Below, piece after piece: positions 21,181 to 30,839 of a DNA stretch of 64,000 nucleotides. The notes under the pieces are model-generated. The model saw only the letters and a program-made list of their open reading frames with translations. It did no database searches and was not told the origin of the DNA. Made by a program: the position numbers and the translations under genes. This DNA is from Rhodospirillales bacterium (lineage in GTDB: Bacteria > Pseudomonadota > Alphaproteobacteria > Bin95): positions 2,560,894-2,624,893 of the forward strand of contig JAYQLI010000035.1 in assembly GCA_038143065.1 (NCBI GenBank), in the 5' to 3' direction. Every line of letters begins with the position of its first letter. The stretch's first letter is position 1.

Positions 21181-21825
21181 ATGTTTGATCCAGAAACCTT
21201 AAGCCAAATCACAGCGCTCCTAACGGTTATTGGGATCGACATAGTTCTTGCAGGTGATAACGCTGTTGTTGTTGCAATGGCAGCAGCAGGTTTGTCCAAG
21301 GAACTCAGAGCGAAGGCAATTATGATTGGCATTGTAGCGGCGATGCTGATGCGAATTATATTTGCTCTAGTCGCGGCGGAGTTATTGTCGATTGTAGGTC
21401 TGTTGGCTCTAGGCGGTGTTCTGCTGTTGTGGGTTGCCTGGAAACTCTGGCGTGAACTTAGGGAACATCAAACCAGTCCAAATGGCCCCCAGCTTTCGGA
21501 TTCCTCCGATGAAGAGCAAAGTGACTTGGCGGACAAAAAATTGCCGCAGAAGACACTTCGTCAGGCTGTAATACAGATTCTTGTTGCTGATTTAACAATG
21601 TCCCTCGACAATGTGCTAGCCGTTGCGGGAGCTGCTCACGACCATCCTTACATAATGGCTTTTGGTTTGTTCTTGTCTGTTGCTCTTATGGGGCTTGCTG
21701 CTACCTGGATAGCGCGACTTCTCGAACGAAATCGTTGGATTGCTTACGTTGGATTGCTTTTAATTCTTTACGTGGCTCTTAGGATGATTTGGGATGGTGG
21801 ACTCGCAATATTGAAGGTTATATAG
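21181..21825 (+). CDS. TerC family (YjbE-like) membrane protein
   Basis: DIVLAGDNAVV and ADLTMSLDNVLAVAG. Confidence 0.92.
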   Translation: MFDPETLSQITALLTVIGIDIVLAGDNAVVVAMAAAGLSKELRAKAIMIGIVAAMLMRIIFALVAAELLSIVGLLALGGVLLLWVAWKLWRELREHQTSPNGPQLSDSSDEEQSDLADKKLPQKTLRQAVIQILVADLTMSLDNVLAVAGAAHDHPYIMAFGLFLSVALMGLAATWIARLLERNRWIAYVGLLLILYVALRMIWDGGLAILKVI

Positions 21826-21836
21826 CCGGGTTAAAA

Positions 21837-22610
21837 ATGCCAAATCATGCTCGATCCTTCCATGCATTCACTGTCACCGGAATTCCGGAAGTTGCTTCAG
21901 GTGATGATCTTGTTGGGCATGTGACATCTGCTCTAGATCAAGCCGAAGAACGACTTGAAAACGGCGACATATTAGTAGTTGCACAGAAAATCATCTCAAA
22001 AGCGGAGGGACGTTATATTGAGCTCTCCGATGTGCATCCAGGAGCGGACGCGTTGGACTGGGCGAATAAAACTGGCAAAGATCCTCGCTTGGTGCAGGCT
22101 ATTTTAGATGAAAGTGCCCGCGTTTTGCGATGGCGCCCTAATTTGCTTGTGGTTGAGCATATAAGAGGTTGGGTCATGGCAAACGCTGGAGCCGATCAGT
22201 CTAATATTGTGGGTGCTGATGGTAACCGTGTTCTGATGCTTCCCTTGGATCCCGATGGCTCTGCCAAGCGGCTCAGGCAAGGCCTTGAAGCTCATTATGG
22301 TGTTAAAACCGGAGTGATTATAGCTGATAGTGTCGGTCGAGCTTGGCGAGTCGGCACGGTGGGTCTGGCTCTTGGTGCCTCTGGCGTTAAAACTGTAGAT
22401 GATATTCGAGGCGAGCTCGATATGCAGGGAAGAGAATTGAAGGTATCCATTGTTGGAACGGGAGATGAGCTTGCTGCAGCTGCAAACCTTTTGATTGGAG
22501 AAGCTGCGGAGGGAACTCCTGTTGCTGTTCTCAGAGGTTTTGATCTCGTGAGTGATAGTCAAAGTGGAGCCGACTTAGTTCGTCCTGCAGCTGATGATCT
22601 ATTTCGATGA
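21837..22610 (+). CDS. cofE: coenzyme F420-0:L-glutamate ligase
   Basis: GIPEV..GDDL, DILVVAQKIISKAEGR, ANAGADQSN, LPLDPD.SA, DSVGRAWR and DELAAAA. Confidence 0.9.
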   Translation: MPNHARSFHAFTVTGIPEVASGDDLVGHVTSALDQAEERLENGDILVVAQKIISKAEGRYIELSDVHPGADALDWANKTGKDPRLVQAILDESARVLRWRPNLLVVEHIRGWVMANAGADQSNIVGADGNRVLMLPLDPDGSAKRLRQGLEAHYGVKTGVIIADSVGRAWRVGTVGLALGASGVKTVDDIRGELDMQGRELKVSIVGTGDELAAAANLLIGEAAEGTPVAVLRGFDLVSDSQSGADLVRPAADDLFR

Positions 22611-23529
22611 GGGTTGTTGCATTATCAGGAGGTGTTGGCGGGGCAAAGTTAGCATATGGCCTAAATCAGGTTCTTGCCTCAGATAGTCTGTCTATTATTG
22701 CAAATACAGGCGATGATTTCATTCATCATGGATTGCCGGTTTCACCTGACATCGACACCCTAATGTATACTCTTGCAGGTTTAAACGACAGCGATCGTGG
22801 CTGGGGTCTGGCAGGCGAGACTTGGGCTTTTATGGAAGCAATGGGATCGCTGGGGGCGAAACTTGGTTTAACCTGGGTGACCGCGACCTTGCTATGCATG
22901 TGCTCCGACGCGAAGCATTAGATGGCGGTCAGCCTTTATCTGTTTTTACAGACCGTATCCGAAATGCTCTGCAGATATCCGCAAGAATTTTCCCAATGAG
23001 TGACACCCGAGTGTCTACGTTAGTTAAAACAGTTGAAGAGGGTCTCTTACCGTTTCAGCGGTATTTTGTTCATCTAAAAGCTGAGCCTCAAGTTAAGGGT
23101 TTTTATTTTGATGGGGCAGATGTGGCTGAGCCTTGTCCAGGCCTTATTGATGCAATTCATGAGGCACAAAAAATTGTGATTTGTCCTTCCAATCCCTTCA
23201 TTTCTATTGACCCAATTTTAGGGGTTCCAGGAATAAGACAAGCTCTTGTTAAGTCTGCCGCCAACGTGGTAGCAGTTTCACCTATTGTTGGCGGAGAAGC
23301 CATTAAAGGGCCAACGGCAAAGATGTTCAGAGAGTTGGGAGTTACGCCGTCCCCTGTTGCTGTTGCGCAAAAATATCGTGATTTCCTGGATGTAATGATC
23401 GTTGATCAAGTTGATGCGAGTGATCATAAATTAATGAACTCATTTGAAGTTCAAACCGAAGTGGCGCAAACAGTAATGCGAACGGCAGATGATAAGTTGG
23501 CATTAGCTGAATTTGCTTTGCGCTTTTAA
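22607..23529 (+). CDS. cofD: 2-phospho-L-lactate transferase, frameshift near 22855
   Basis: LSGGVGGAKL, NTGDDF, SPDIDT, WFNLGDRDLA, PSNPFISI and KGPTAK. Confidence 0.9.
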
Positions 23530-23572
23530 CAATTGTGATTAAGTCACGTCAAAATAAAGAACAGCGTTTTAG

Positions 23573-23959
23573 CTATGAGTAATTCGCAATCTCGATAAGA
23601 TTATCGTCTGGGTCGTAAACATAGATAGAGAGCAATACCCCTATCGCTCCGGTTCGTTCGCCTGGGCCAGCGATTATGGGGATCTGTTTGCTCTCTAGAA
23701 TGGAAATCACTTCTGCTATTGGTGTTTCTGTTATTAAGCAAAGGTCGGCCGAACCAGGTGTTGCATGGCGAACGTTCGGATCAATTGGATTATTCGCTTC
23801 ATGCAAATTAAGTTTTTGATTGCCAAAATGTAGGGCAAAACGGTTACTTCCAAAGCTTCGCATTTCCATGCCCAGTATGTCCTCGTAGAACTCACGCGTT
23901 GCTTGAATATCTTTAACGGTCAGAACTAGGTGATCGAGCCGATCAATAATAATTGGCAT
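23573..23959 (-). CDS. VOC/glyoxalase family protein
   Basis: LDHLVLTV, QKLNLH, PGSADLC and DPDDNLIEI. Confidence 0.9.
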   Translation of the reverse strand: MPIIIDRLDHLVLTVKDIQATREFYEDILGMEMRSFGSNRFALHFGNQKLNLHEANNPIDPNVRHATPGSADLCLITETPIAEVISILESKQIPIIAGPGERTGAIGVLLSIYVYDPDDNLIEIANYS

Positions 23960-23975
23960 GCTGAAAGCCTCATTT

Positions 23976-25100
23976 TTAAAACAGTCGGTCTGGCGTAACT
24001 CTATTGATATCCACGCCGGAAGAAATTATATCCGCGGGAGCAGCCTCGGCTAATGCAGTGCTGGCTGCAAGACGACCTAGGGCTTCAGAAGTCATCATTC
24101 CAAAACCACCTAAACCAGCTAACCATATGAATCCCTCTGCACGAGAATCTTTTCCAACACATGGTCTGCGATCAGCCATGAAGGATCGAAGGCCGGCCCA
24201 ACGATGATTGATTTGGCTAACCTTTAATGTTGTGGCGCGCTCAACTCTGTCTACCGCGTGCGCAACATCTAGTTCCTCAGGTTGAGCGTCGACAGGTGGA
24301 CTAGCGTGTTCATCACATGGGCTTGCAAGGATACGGCCAGCTTCAGGTTTAAAGTAAAAGCCTTCGTCGGCATCCATAGCCATTGGCCATGGCTCCGCCG
24401 TCACCCCTGGTGGGGGGTTAAACGTAATGCAAGTTCGACGCAACGGTTGGACCCCAAGAGGAGTTAGTCCAGCAAGAGCAGCTGTTTCATCTGCCCAGGC
24501 ACCAGCAGCGTTAATGATGGTCGGAGCATAGAATGTTCCGCGTGGCGTCTGTGTCTTCCACTTGCCCTTTTCAAATGAAAGCCCCGTCACTGGTGCATCG
24601 CAAATGAGCTTAGCCCCAGTCCTTTGGGCAAGGGTCAAGAAACCTCGATACAAAGCATTAACATCAATATCGGCTGCTGCCGGCACATACATCGCTGAGT
24701 TTAGGTAAGCGGGATTAAAACAAGGGATGAGTCGACAAGCGTCTTCTACCGAGACCTGTTCTGCCACTCCTTCCTGAATTTGCTCTGGTGTGAATTGCCT
24801 ATCTACCGCGTCACGTTGGTCTTCCCGGCCAAAAATTAAAAGACCACGCTTAGAAAGGAGAGGGGTCTCGGAGAATCCTGGTGGAGGATTGTTCAAAAAC
24901 TCTCCACTAGCGGCTGCCAGTCCACGGATAGAGGGTTCTTTATAACGTTTTGAGTATAAAGCTGCAGAGCGCCCTGATGTATGGTAGCCAGGCTGACTTT
25001 CCATTTCGAGTATTATTACACTGGCTCTCGGCGCTAATGCTCGCGCCACAGATGCTCCAGCCACTCCCCCGCCAATTACTATGAAATCTGCTTCATCCAT
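23976..25100 (-). CDS. FAD-dependent oxidoreductase, DAO family (D-amino acid dehydrogenase-like)
   Basis: IGGGVAG, HTSGRSAA, NAAGAWAD, WAGLRSF and GLGGFG. Confidence 0.85.
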   Translation of the reverse strand: MDEADFIVIGGGVAGASVARALAPRASVIILEMESQPGYHTSGRSAALYSKRYKEPSIRGLAAASGEFLNNPPPGFSETPLLSKRGLLIFGREDQRDAVDRQFTPEQIQEGVAEQVSVEDACRLIPCFNPAYLNSAMYVPAAADIDVNALYRGFLTLAQRTGAKLICDAPVTGLSFEKGKWKTQTPRGTFYAPTIINAAGAWADETAALAGLTPLGVQPLRRTCITFNPPPGVTAEPWPMAMDADEGFYFKPEAGRILASPCDEHASPPVDAQPEELDVAHAVDRVERATTLKVSQINHRWAGLRSFMADRRPCVGKDSRAEGFIWLAGLGGFGMMTSEALGRLAASTALAEAAPADIISSGVDINRVTPDRLF

Positions 25101-28100
25101 TACTCTGCAGGAGCCCTAACACCTGGTGTAAGTGGTGTTTCTTCTTCAGCTCTAACGCGACCTGCTCGGCGTTCAAGGGGAGCAACCACTAGCCCCATCA
25201 AAGGTGGCACAACAGCGAGAGTCATCACTGATGAAAGACCTAGCCCACCTATGACAACAGCACCAAGACCACGATAAAGTTCGGAGCCTGCACCTGGGGC
25301 TAAAACAAGTGGTAACATTCCAATAACACTGGTCAGAGTGGACATAAATATTGGGCGAATGCGATTCCTAGTTGCTTCTACTATGGCGTCTCCAGGCTGC
25401 ATCCCGTCTTCTCGAATGTGCTGAAGCGTCTGATCGACCAGCAAGATGGCGTTATTCACTACAACGCCGATCAAGATAACAAAGCCTAACACGGTCAACA
25501 TATCCAAGTTTTGAAGCGTCCAGATATTCATTAGTCCCAGCGCCAACACAGCACCTGCAGTCGCAAGAGGAACTGAAAAGAGGATCACAAGAGGATAAAT
25601 GAAGCTCTCAAACTGCACAGCCATCACTAAAAACACAATCACGAGAGCAATTAGTAGGTCGTACGAAAGCTCAGTCTTTGTCTTGCCCAGTTCATCTGCT
25701 GTTCCGGCTAAACGGAAGTGGACGCCCTCAGGCAGACCAGCTTTAGCAATTGGGTCAAGTACCTCCGTTTGTACCTTTGCCATTGCTTCTTCTAAAGGCA
25801 TTGCATCCGCGGGAGTAAGCGCAAGTGTTACTGTTCTGAGACGTTCCTTATGACGAACTTGAACAGGGCCTGTTGTCATTACAACATCTGCAAGACTGGA
25901 AGCAGGTACGATAATTCCGGATTTAGATACGACGGGCAGAGATTCGATATCTTGTGTTGACGTAACTGCCCCTTCGCGACCTTTAAGAACCATATTCAGC
26001 CGCTCTGATCCTATTGTTGCTTCGGTGACCCGGAGACCGTCATTATATGCATCAAGGGTTAAGCCGAGTTCTCTAGCAGATACTCCGTTATCTGCTAGCT
26101 TTATTCGGTCTGGATAAACACGCACCTCAGGAGAACCTAATTCAAGACTTGGTAAAGGGCGCACTTGATGTCCGTCCTGCCTTGGAAATACAGACGCCAG
26201 TCGGCGGTCTACAAGGTTTGCTACTTCGATAGCGTCTTCTAGATTTACGCCTGTAACATCAACATCAATCACTCGCGCTCCACCAATCCCACGTCCAAAA
26301 ACACTGGCGAGACGGAAAAAGGCCCGAATATCTGGATGGTTTCCTACCTCTCGCATCAGAGGACGCTGCAGCATCTTTACTTTTGCGGGATCCACAGAAC
26401 GTGCCAAAACGATGACACGTTCACCGAGCGCTACGTAATAAAAATCGCTCATTTTTGGTAAGCCGTCGGAACTCGGTTCCGGACCCGTTTCTGATGCCCA
26501 ACGCTTGCGGGTAGCATCTTCAAATTTCAGCGCGATGTTGGTGCTTGTTTCTAAATTGTAGCCTGCGGGAGGCGTAATGAAACCTAGTATCAGGTTTTTG
26601 TTACCTTCAGGTAGGTAGTCCAACCTAGGTAAGAACAGAACAGTGCCAGTTATTGCCACTGCAGTGATGGAACCGACCCACAACAACGCAAAGCTTCGGA
26701 ACCTGACAGCGGTCCTGGCGAGCTTAATAAATGATGCTGAAAATATTCTTCCAAAGGCATCTAGCGGTGGGATGCGAACTCGGTTTCCTTCCGCACTTAC
26801 ATCCTTAATTAGCAATCTTTTGCCAAGGGCTGGGATTACAGTGATAGCAACAAGGAGGGAAAGGAGTACTGAAACAGAAATCGCTACGGCGATGTCTCTA
26901 AAAAGTTGGCCAACTTCTAAATCCGTCACCAGAACTGGAATGAAGACTACTACGGTAGTTAGAGCAGAAACAAAGATAGCGCCCCAAACCTGCCGAGCGC
27001 CTTTGAAGGCCGCCTCACGTGCGCTTAGTCCTCTTTCACGATGTCTATAAATATTTTCAAGCACGACGATAGCTGCATCTACCACCATACCAACAGCAAA
27101 TGCGATGCCTGCTAAAGATATCACGTTTATAGAGCGCCCAAGCGCTGCCATAGCTACAAAAGAGCCAATTACGGATACAGGGATAGCGATCGCAACTATT
27201 ACTGTTGGTCTCCATGAGCGAAGAAACAACAGAAGTACCATAGAGGCTAATAAGCCACCGATGATTATGTTGGATTGCACCAGATCAATGGCTGACTCGA
27301 TATAAACTGTCTCATCATATACCTGTTTGATGGTCAGGCCGTTCTGCTTAAGCACTGTATCATTTAGATCGGCGGTTGCCTCTCTTAAGCCTTCCATCAC
27401 TTTGATGACATTAGCCCCGGTTTCACGTACAGCATTTACAGCAATACCTGGAGCGCCATTTCTTCTAATCCGAGCTGTGGGTTCGGAATAACCAAATTCA
27501 ACCTTGGCGATGTCTCGAACGGTTACACGCGAAACAGCTCCGGTAGATCTGTCAACTTCAGATCTCAAAACAACGTCTTCTACCGCTGAAGGGCGATCTA
27601 AGTTGCCCTCCATGCGCGTTACATAGCTTCGTTTCCCTTCGTCTAACTCTCCTGCTGAGAAGGAGGCATGCTCTGTGCGAATACGATTTACAACTTCACT
27701 GATCGTGAGGCGGTATTGCGCAAGTTTTTCAGGATCTATGATTATTTGGAGTTCACGACTTCCGCCACCATAAAGATTGGTTAAAGCAACTCCAGGCACA
27801 CGTTCAAATCGGTCTTGGACGAAATCTTCTACAAAGTCTCGATAGGTGTGGATTGGTCTTTCATTTCCTGGAAGGCGCTGGATGGAGAACCATGCAATGG
27901 CATTGTCATCAGAACTAGCAGTCTTAAGCGTAGGTTCATCGGCTTCTTCTGGGTAACCGTTAACGCGATCAAGTCGATTTGCCACTAATAAAAGTGACTT
28001 ATCCATGTCTGTGCCAACTGCGAATGTGAGTTTTACGCGAGCTCGTCCAGTGCTTGACTGACTTTCCATATTCTCGAGATTTTCAACACCTCTTAGGACT

Positions 28101-28306
28101 TCTTCCTGACGATTTACTATTTCCCGCTCCACCTCGGCGGGGGCAGCTCCGGGCCATAAGGTTTGGACAGTAACTTGAGGTTTATTGACCTCAGGAATTA
28201 GCTGGATTGGGATTGTCGTTAGAGCAAGCCCCCCAAAGAGGACGATCATCAGAACAGCTGAAACAGTGGCGACAGGCCGTTCGATCGCAGCACGGATTAG
28301 GTTCAT
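25100..28306 (-). CDS. RND efflux permease (AcrB family)
   Basis: 1068 aa with GMVVDAAIVVLEN, VNNAILLVD and RIRPIFMST. Confidence 0.95.
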   Translation of the reverse strand: MNLIRAAIERPVATVSAVLMIVLFGGLALTTIPIQLIPEVNKPQVTVQTLWPGAAPAEVEREIVNRQEEVLRGVENLENMESQSSTGRARVKLTFAVGTDMDKSLLLVANRLDRVNGYPEEADEPTLKTASSDDNAIAWFSIQRLPGNERPIHTYRDFVEDFVQDRFERVPGVALTNLYGGGSRELQIIIDPEKLAQYRLTISEVVNRIRTEHASFSAGELDEGKRSYVTRMEGNLDRPSAVEDVVLRSEVDRSTGAVSRVTVRDIAKVEFGYSEPTARIRRNGAPGIAVNAVRETGANVIKVMEGLREATADLNDTVLKQNGLTIKQVYDETVYIESAIDLVQSNIIIGGLLASMVLLLFLRSWRPTVIVAIAIPVSVIGSFVAMAALGRSINVISLAGIAFAVGMVVDAAIVVLENIYRHRERGLSAREAAFKGARQVWGAIFVSALTTVVVFIPVLVTDLEVGQLFRDIAVAISVSVLLSLLVAITVIPALGKRLLIKDVSAEGNRVRIPPLDAFGRIFSASFIKLARTAVRFRSFALLWVGSITAVAITGTVLFLPRLDYLPEGNKNLILGFITPPAGYNLETSTNIALKFEDATRKRWASETGPEPSSDGLPKMSDFYYVALGERVIVLARSVDPAKVKMLQRPLMREVGNHPDIRAFFRLASVFGRGIGGARVIDVDVTGVNLEDAIEVANLVDRRLASVFPRQDGHQVRPLPSLELGSPEVRVYPDRIKLADNGVSARELGLTLDAYNDGLRVTEATIGSERLNMVLKGREGAVTSTQDIESLPVVSKSGIIVPASSLADVVMTTGPVQVRHKERLRTVTLALTPADAMPLEEAMAKVQTEVLDPIAKAGLPEGVHFRLAGTADELGKTKTELSYDLLIALVIVFLVMAVQFESFIYPLVILFSVPLATAGAVLALGLMNIWTLQNLDMLTVLGFVILIGVVVNNAILLVDQTLQHIREDGMQPGDAIVEATRNRIRPIFMSTLTSVIGMLPLVLAPGAGSELYRGLGAVVIGGLGLSSVMTLAVVPPLMGLVVAPLERRAGRVRAEEETPLTPGVRAPAE

Positions 28307-29478
28307 CGTTTGAACATTCCTGTAGGCTGGTTGCCAACGAGTTTGAATGCTTGATTGGGGCGAAGCGTTTCATTGCCTCGGATTACTGCTATATCGCCAG
28401 GCGAGGCTCCTTCCTTCAATATAAAACGACGTCCAACGGCAGACCCTAAGTCGACTGGCTTGATTTCGGCTTTGAATAGCCCCTCTTGTTCTTGGTCGGG
28501 CTTGGCAAAGACTGCAACTGCGCCTGCAGGTCGACGGATTATCGCATCCTTGTGGATCGTGACGACCGACTCAGGGGCGGCTACTGGTATATGGATTGTT
28601 ACCGCAGCATTTGCGATGGCTAACTTTTTCAACTCTGCAGGTAGCGGTCCAAAGCGCACAGTGCGAGTCCGGGATACGCCGGTTTCGCGAGGCAATACAG
28701 CCCTGACTTTTATTGAACTTGAGGCGGCGCCCAAAATGACAGAGGCAGTAGCACCGGGTTGTACTCCACCCATGCGGTCTGTTGGAGCCTCTGCTTCAAT
28801 CTCAAGTGCCTTGTCCCCAATCAGTGTAACAATAGGAGCGCCCAGCCCTACAAATCCGCCAATCTCGACGTGCCTTTCAGCTACAACGCCGGGGTAGGGT
28901 GCTTTAACTTGACTATAATCTAAATCAACCTGGGCTAATTTTAGCTCCGCAAGAGCGCGGGCATTGTCTGCTTCGACCTCTTTTCCCTGCGCTGCTGCTC
29001 TCTCGACCTCCCGTTGTTTATCTGCAAGTAAAGCCTCAGAAAAGGCAGCTGAGTTACGCAGTCGCTCTAGGCGTTTTAATGACTGTTCCGCGAGCTTTAG
29101 AGAGGCCTGAGCTGTTTTAATGCGGGCGTTGGTGAGTTCTAATAACGCCTTCCGACGCTGAACCTCTGCTGACAATCGATCAGTGGCTAGCTCGGTAATA
29201 ATTTGCCCAGCTTTAACTCTGTCTCCCACTTCGACTAAAACATTATCAATGGCACCAGCAACACGGGTAGCTATGGGTCCACTCTGCGTCGATACAAAGC
29301 GCCCTACGATCGCCGTCGTTTCGCTAGCTATTTCTTGCCGTATTTGGTCTCCAACGAGGGTTGGAGGAGGGCGGTTTCCACGTTGCTGCGCGATTGTGGG
29401 CGCAATAGATAAGGAGAACGTTATAACTGCTAATAAGCAGGTAATTAGATAACGCATTGAGGGTATCCGACTGAGCAC
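28303..29478 (-). CDS. RND periplasmic adaptor (MFP)
   Basis: Lipoyl-like VEVGDRVKAGQ, coiled coil and VKAPYPGVV; overlaps the permease start. Confidence 0.9.
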   Translation of the reverse strand: MLSRIPSMRYLITCLLAVITFSLSIAPTIAQQRGNRPPPTLVGDQIRQEIASETTAIVGRFVSTQSGPIATRVAGAIDNVLVEVGDRVKAGQIITELATDRLSAEVQRRKALLELTNARIKTAQASLKLAEQSLKRLERLRNSAAFSEALLADKQREVERAAAQGKEVEADNARALAELKLAQVDLDYSQVKAPYPGVVAERHVEIGGFVGLGAPIVTLIGDKALEIEAEAPTDRMGGVQPGATASVILGAASSSIKVRAVLPRETGVSRTRTVRFGPLPAELKKLAIANAAVTIHIPVAAPESVVTIHKDAIIRRPAGAVAVFAKPDQEQEGLFKAEIKPVDLGSAVGRRFILKEGASPGDIAVIRGNETLRPNQAFKLVGNQPTGMFKR

Positions 29479-29568
29479 CCGACCTTCGGATGCGATGACC
29501 CAGAAATTAGGGCAAAGTGAAGCTTCCGTCTATCAGTTTCAAACGCTTTTTTGATAGCGTCGAAGATA

Positions 29569-30750
29569 TCAATCGATCCGCTGTACCTGTTTTATAATTC
29601 GAGCTTCAGGAAATCCCCAAGTTGGGAAGTATGCGTGTTGTGGAATTGCCGCGTTTGCTCCTGCAACTACAAGAACAATATGATCTGGTGTTTCTACAGC
29701 AGGCGGTCCATTCCCTGCTTCAAGGGCTTCCATTGCCCAATCTGCTATCCCCGTTCGTGGTTGCAGATCCTTAATAATCCAGCTGCGATTATATTCTTCT
29801 GGATCGGCATGAGATAGTTGCCAGAGGTGTTTTCTAACATCCTGCTCCGTCCAACCATCTTGGGCTAATTTCTGAGCAATAAATGGAGCAATTGCTACGG
29901 CACATGTTCCTCCATGAAGGCGACTGAAGGCCGACAAAGAAGAACGCAGCAAACTAGCTAAGTCGTCTATTCTACCTGTGCACGTAACGGTTGCTTCGGC
30001 TCGTAGAACCATTAGTATCGTGTCATTCTTGGAATAACCAAGCCGTTCCCGCAAGCTTGGCCAAGGAGAATCGGTTTCATTTTCGGGCAGAACAAGCGAT
30101 AGTCGACCCGGTTGGCCAAGGCCAGCCAAGTTTGTGGTCCCTGGCCACCCTCCTCCAATGTTCTGAATGGCGAGCCGAAGAGCTCGACCGATAACCATAT
30201 TTCCTCGCCAGCCAGGCCCCAAAGCACCTACACCTCCATGAAGATCTAAGCGCTCTAACTCCGGACCTGAAAGTAAGAGAAGTGGCGTCACATTCTCGTC
30301 GGTCGTTTGAACGCCACGAAGGTTAAAAGAAGGCTCGAGAACCGCTTCCAGTGCCGCAATGACAAAACAGAAGTGTTTTGGGTCACAGCCAGCCATTACC
30401 GCATTGGCAGCCGCTTTTTCCATCGTAACCTGTCCGAAGAGAGGTTCAGCCTCTCCAATGTGTTTGTCCCCACTCTGTTTTGCATGGCGCAGAAAAGTTC
30501 TGACGCGAGATCTGGTGGGTAGGATGATAGGTAAGCCGTCTGTCCAACCGCGCCGGTAGTACAACTCTTTCAACTGATCAACAGTTAAGCCGCGAACTAC
30601 TTCTATTCGTTCCCTGGAAAAGTTAGTGGCCTCAGCATAACGCCATAGAAGCCCATTTTCTGTAGCTCTTTCAGCAAGTACGTCGGTGATCCAACTGCTA
30701 TCTGCGCGTTGGCCAACGGGAGTTACTAGCCAGGTTGTGTCTTCGGCCAT
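29569..30750 (-). CDS. conserved hypothetical protein ('WTDGLPIxxPT' family)
   Basis: GWTDGLPIILPT, EKAAANAVMAGC, GRALRL and ENETDSPW; function unknown. Confidence 0.7.
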   Translation of the reverse strand: MAEDTTWLVTPVGQRADSSWITDVLAERATENGLLWRYAEATNFSRERIEVVRGLTVDQLKELYYRRGWTDGLPIILPTRSRVRTFLRHAKQSGDKHIGEAEPLFGQVTMEKAAANAVMAGCDPKHFCFVIAALEAVLEPSFNLRGVQTTDENVTPLLLLSGPELERLDLHGGVGALGPGWRGNMVIGRALRLAIQNIGGGWPGTTNLAGLGQPGRLSLVLPENETDSPWPSLRERLGYSKNDTILMVLRAEATVTCTGRIDDLASLLRSSLSAFSRLHGGTCAVAIAPFIAQKLAQDGWTEQDVRKHLWQLSHADPEEYNRSWIIKDLQPRTGIADWAMEALEAGNGPPAVETPDHIVLVVAGANAAIPQHAYFPTWGFPEARIIKQVQRID

Positions 30751-30839
30751 TTACGCATCCTTAAAAATATTTTTACACGGTCTGGAGGCATCACCAAAAA
30801 GTTTGCAATATTTGTGCTCATCTTGCAGGAGGCACTCCC

